Origin: Prochlorococcus marinus subsp. pastoris str. CCMP1986
GTDB taxonomy: Bacteria > Cyanobacteriota > Cyanobacteriia > PCC-6307 > Cyanobiaceae
Assembly (NCBI RefSeq): GCF_000011465.1
Contig: NC_005072.1
Span: 120,001-152,000 of the forward strand
Length of the DNA stretch: 32,000 nucleotides
Direction: 5' to 3'
This document shows positions 28,684-32,000 of this stretch, piece by piece. The notes under the pieces are model-generated. The model was given only the letters and a program-made list of their open reading frames with translations, was not told the DNA's origin and searched no databases. The position numbers and the translations under genes were made by a program. The first letter of the stretch is position 1, and each line of letters starts with the position of its first letter.

Positions 28684-29397
28684 TTGCAATATTCATCCAA
28701 TAACCAAACTTCATATCAAAAAGACTTATCTGAGACAAGTGAAGCATTTTTTGCCGCCTCTGTATTAGTTAATTTAAAAGCTCAAGTTTTAGAATCTGAT
28801 GTATTTCAAGAAGAAACATTAGGTTATGAAGAAGAAATTGGGATGGATAACCAAGAATGGATTAATCAAGGATTTGACATGCCAAAATATCCTGAAAAAT
28901 ATCTTAGAAGAAGATCTGTAGCTCAACCCGTTATTAAACGTACATCTACATTAGGAGAACTTGTTAGTCAATTGGAATCTATAGCAGAAATAATTGAAAC
29001 GCAGGATCTTTTGCTTATGAAAAGGAAAAGAAATAAAAAATATTCTGATAAAGTTTTGATCTCTAAAGTTCAATCTTTAGCACATCGTGAAAAGCTTCCT
29101 GAAACAACTAAAGCACTTGGCAAGTTTCTTGATGGATGGGAAAAGGCATTGCAATGGACTGATTTTGAATATTTAGTTAATAAATGGCAGACAGTAGTAA
29201 AAAGTGATTTAGATAAAGACAGACTGGGTGTATTTTGGGCTTTGTTATTTTTATCATCAGAAAATAGAATTGAATTAAAACAACAATATTCTCTCTATGG
29301 GCCAATACAAATTAAAAGGATTATTCCAGATGGAGAATTAGCTCAATTACCTATTGAAAATCTTGAGGTTTCAGAAACTTCTTCGACTGCTGCTTAG
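28684..29397 (+). CDS. scpA: segregation and condensation protein A (ScpA); the true start is probably upstream of the listed TTG
   Basis: C-terminal winged-helix block GVFWALLFLSSENRIELKQQYSLYGPIQIKR. The in-frame upstream sequence 28567..28683 encodes GPRLLIKFLQDAAGRGDLDPWDIDVIGVIDSFLEQ, which matches the conserved ScpA N-terminus. Confidence 0.75.
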   Translation: MQYSSNNQTSYQKDLSETSEAFFAASVLVNLKAQVLESDVFQEETLGYEEEIGMDNQEWINQGFDMPKYPEKYLRRRSVAQPVIKRTSTLGELVSQLESIAEIIETQDLLLMKRKRNKKYSDKVLISKVQSLAHREKLPETTKALGKFLDGWEKALQWTDFEYLVNKWQTVVKSDLDKDRLGVFWALLFLSSENRIELKQQYSLYGPIQIKRIIPDGELAQLPIENLEVSETSSTAA

Positions 29398-29446
29398 TAG
29401 TAAAAGAGTAATAAAGTATAATCTTTAAAAAGGGTATATAGAACTG

Positions 29447-30625
29447 ATGAAGGCAATGATACTTGCAGCAGGCAAAGGAACTCGCGTTCAGCCAATAACG
29501 CATATTATTCCTAAACCAATGATTCCTATTTTGCAAAAACCCGTGATGGAATTCCTCTTGGAACTTTTAAAAGAACATGGTTTTAAAGAAATAATGGTAA
29601 ATGTTTCTCATCTTGCAGAGGAAATAGAAAACTATTTTAGGGACGGACAAAGATTTGGTGTTGAGATAGCCTACAGCTTTGAAGGAAGAATTGAAGATGG
29701 AGAAATGATTGGTGATGCTTTGGGTTCGGCCGGAGGATTAAAAAAAATTCAAGATTTTCAAAACTTTTTTGATGAAACTTTTGTTGTATTGTGCGGCGAC
29801 GCCTTAGTTGATTTAGATTTGACTGAAGCGGTTAAAAATCATAAGAAAAAAGGTGCAATAGCAAGCCTAATAACAAAAAAGGTAACTAGAGAACAGGTAT
29901 CTAGTTATGGAGTTGTAGTATCTGATGAAAATGGGCGAATTAAAGCTTTTCAAGAAAAACCAGATGTAGAAGATGCTTTGAGTGATTCAATTAATACTGG
30001 TATTTATCTTTTTGAGCCTGAGATTTTTAACTATATTCCATCAGGAGATAAATTTGATATTGGTGCTGATCTTTTTCCTAAACTTGTTGAAATGGATTTA
30101 CCATTTTTTGCTTTGCCGATGGATTTTGAGTGGGTAGATATTGGAAAAGTTCCTGATTACTGGAGTGCGATTAGAAATGTTTTATTAGGTAAAGTAAGGC
30201 AAGTGGAAATTCCTGGTAAAGAAATAAAGCCTGGAGTCTTTACTGGTCTTAATGTTGCTGCAAATTGGGATAAAGTTAATATAAAAGGACCTGTTTATAT
30301 CGGAGGGATGACAAGAATAGAAGATGGTGCAACTATTATTGGCCCCTCTATGATTGGACCAAGTTGTTGCATTTGTGAGGGTGCAACTATTGATAATTCT
30401 ATAATCTTTGATTATTCAAAAATTGGGAAAGGAGTACAACTTGTCGATAAATTAGTATTTGGTAGATATTGTGTTGGAAAGAATGGAGACCATTTTGATT
30501 TGAAAGATGCTTCTTTGGACTGGTTAATAACAGACTCAAGAAGATTAGATTTAACTGAACCATCTCCTCAACAAAAAGCGATGGCAGAATTACTAGGAAC
30601 TGATTTGATTAACATTCCAGATTGA
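29447..30625 (+). CDS. sugar-1-phosphate nucleotidyltransferase (mannose-1-P guanylyltransferase-like) with a C-terminal left-handed beta-helix
   Basis: MKAMILAAGKGTRVQPIT..IPKPMIPI signature. Hexapeptide-like repeats near the C-terminus (IGPSMIGPSCCICEGATIDNSIIF). Confidence 0.85.
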   Translation: MKAMILAAGKGTRVQPITHIIPKPMIPILQKPVMEFLLELLKEHGFKEIMVNVSHLAEEIENYFRDGQRFGVEIAYSFEGRIEDGEMIGDALGSAGGLKKIQDFQNFFDETFVVLCGDALVDLDLTEAVKNHKKKGAIASLITKKVTREQVSSYGVVVSDENGRIKAFQEKPDVEDALSDSINTGIYLFEPEIFNYIPSGDKFDIGADLFPKLVEMDLPFFALPMDFEWVDIGKVPDYWSAIRNVLLGKVRQVEIPGKEIKPGVFTGLNVAANWDKVNIKGPVYIGGMTRIEDGATIIGPSMIGPSCCICEGATIDNSIIFDYSKIGKGVQLVDKLVFGRYCVGKNGDHFDLKDASLDWLITDSRRLDLTEPSPQQKAMAELLGTDLINIPD

Positions 30626-31499
30626 GACCAGCTTTTTCAAGTATCTCTGGGATAAGATGTTCTGATTTGACTGCCATAAGATGAATTCCATCTGCAATAT
30701 TAATAAAATCTTGAGCTTGCTCTGAAGCAATTAATATTCCTTCTTGAAGTGGATTTTTTGCATCTTTGAGACGATTTAAAACATTTTCAGGAATATTCGC
30801 TCCAGGTACAAATTTATTTATGAAAAGAGCATTTTTATATGATTTTAAAAGAAATACTCCTGCAATAACTGGTATCTCAAGTGGATTACTGATTTCGTTG
30901 CAAAAGTCTGCTAAACATTTTCTATCCATAACTATTTGAGTTTGTAAGAAATTTGCACCGGCCTCTTTTTTTTTAATTGTTCTACTTTTTAAACTTCTTT
31001 GATTTCGACAACTTGGATCTACTGCCGCACCTGAGAAAATTTCAGTCCTTTTGTCTGGAAGTTGTTCAAAAGTAGGATCAATTCCTTGATTGAATGATTG
31101 AATTTGTTTTAATAATCTTACTGCCTCAAATTCATGAACGGCTTTTGTTTCTTGCTGATCTCCGGCTTTTACAGAATCTCCTGTAATGCATAAAATATTT
31201 TTAATTCCTAAGGCATTTGCTCCAAGAATATCTGATTGTAAAGCAATTTTATTACGATCTCTACATGAGATCTGCATTATAGGTTCTATCCCATTGTCTA
31301 GTAATAGTTTAGACATTGCTAAACTACACATTCTCATTATTGCTCTACTTCCGTCTGTAATATTAACTGCATGCACCTTATTTCTCAAGAGTTGTGCTAT
31401 TTTAAGAGATCTTACGGGGTCTCCTCCTCTTGGCGGCATTAATTCTGCTGTAATTACTTTTGAATTCTTTTCTAAAGTTTGCTGAAGTTTTGATTTCAA
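30609..31499 (-). CDS. metF: methylenetetrahydrofolate reductase
   Basis: MTHFR-family length and blocks (ELMPPRG, AVNITDGS, ILCITGD, AVDP). Overlaps the convergent upstream gene by 17 nt. Confidence 0.85.
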   Translation of the reverse strand: MKSKLQQTLEKNSKVITAELMPPRGGDPVRSLKIAQLLRNKVHAVNITDGSRAIMRMCSLAMSKLLLDNGIEPIMQISCRDRNKIALQSDILGANALGIKNILCITGDSVKAGDQQETKAVHEFEAVRLLKQIQSFNQGIDPTFEQLPDKRTEIFSGAAVDPSCRNQRSLKSRTIKKKEAGANFLQTQIVMDRKCLADFCNEISNPLEIPVIAGVFLLKSYKNALFINKFVPGANIPENVLNRLKDAKNPLQEGILIASEQAQDFINIADGIHLMAVKSEHLIPEILEKAGLNLEC

Positions 31500-31576
31500 T
31501 TGCTTTTTTGCCTTACTTGGTTAAGAAGTTTACTGTTGCTGCTAAACTCAACTAATATATTAAAGGAACTGTTTAA

Positions 31577-31855
31577 ATGCAAATGGTTGAAGAAGGTGTT
31601 AATGACATTGATATGATGGGTCTCTCATCAAGAGAGATGGAAATCATAAATTTAGTAGCTGATGGGCTCACGAATCAGGAAATTGCGGTAAGGCTTACTA
31701 TTAGTAAAAGAACTGTCGATAATCATGTAAGTAATATGTTCACTAAAACAGGATCCAAAAATAGAGTAGCTCTTTTAAATTGGGCAATGGATCACGGAAA
31801 AATTTGTAGAGATGGGTTTAATTGTTGTACTCTACCTGATTCAGATCAAGATTAA
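31577..31855 (+). CDS. small LuxR-family HTH regulator (PedR-like)
   Basis: LSSREMEIINLVADGLTNQEIAVRLTISKRTVDNHVSNMFTKTGSKNRVAL is a GerE/LuxR HTH. 92 aa with no receiver domain and a Cys-rich C-terminus (ICRDGFNCC). Confidence 0.85.
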   Translation: MQMVEEGVNDIDMMGLSSREMEIINLVADGLTNQEIAVRLTISKRTVDNHVSNMFTKTGSKNRVALLNWAMDHGKICRDGFNCCTLPDSDQD

Positions 31856-32000
31856 TATTATTTTCTTTATCGATACTGGATATTAAATTCATTAAACAAC
31901 AATGTGATGAATTAAGTTCAAAAAGTTTTGCATAATCAAGACATGCTTCCTTATCATAGTTAACGCATCTTAGTATTCCATCTCTGTCATACAGACCATA
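31818..32000 (-). CDS. possible 3-prime end of a minus-strand CDS entering from the right edge (partial)
   Basis: Only one minus frame is open across 32000..31821 (YGLYDRDGILRCVNYDKEACLDYAKLFELNSSHCCLMNL...), with its stop at 31818..31820. The other five frames contain stops. It would overlap the LuxR gene by 38 nt. Confidence 0.35.
   Translation of the reverse strand, partial: YGLYDRDGILRCVNYDKEACLDYAKLFELNSSHCCLMNLISSIDKENNINLDLNQVEYNN

Overview
The window is AT-rich, tightly packed and almost entirely conserved cyanobacterial housekeeping and photosynthesis genes. Gene content and order look like a high-light-adapted Prochlorococcus marinus chromosome; I infer this from recognised protein sequences and have run no search. 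Order: dnaJ-like, cysK, small ORF + orphan ABC ATPase, tRNA-Asn, [insertion], acidic ORF, rpaA, holB-tmk-Cu ATPase, ycf3, radA, rpaB, plsX-fabH-fabD-plsC, tsaB-like, ycf34, CCA/poly(A) polymerase, RRM protein, crtB-pds, ndhM, DUF3172-like, rbcR, nnrU-ndhF-ndhD, scpA, sugar nucleotidyltransferase, metF, small LuxR regulator. I see no rRNA, CRISPR array, transposase, integrase or recognisable multi-gene defence system.

The only clearly accessory segment is about 1.5 kb directly 3-prime of tRNA-Asn (about 2957..4460). It is bounded by an exact 13-nt duplication of the tRNA 3-prime end, and each copy has its own terminator. It carries a nested set of short direct repeats and a single cargo gene for a signal-peptide protein whose motifs resemble the polysaccharide-lyase / ConA-like jelly-roll family. 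This integrase-less, tRNA-anchored cargo module is my best candidate for something new.

Secondary oddities:
- plsX has an N-terminal extension of about 120 aa built from tandem A/S/N/V-rich repeats.
- The conserved N-terminus of scpA lies upstream of any canonical start codon.
- ycf34 and the nucleotidyltransferase gene overlap head to head.
- Several convergent gene pairs have zero or negative spacing.
- An inverted repeat sits in the rbcR / nnrU-ndhF-ndhD divergent promoter.

All functional calls rest on motifs read by eye and need HMM or BLAST confirmation.
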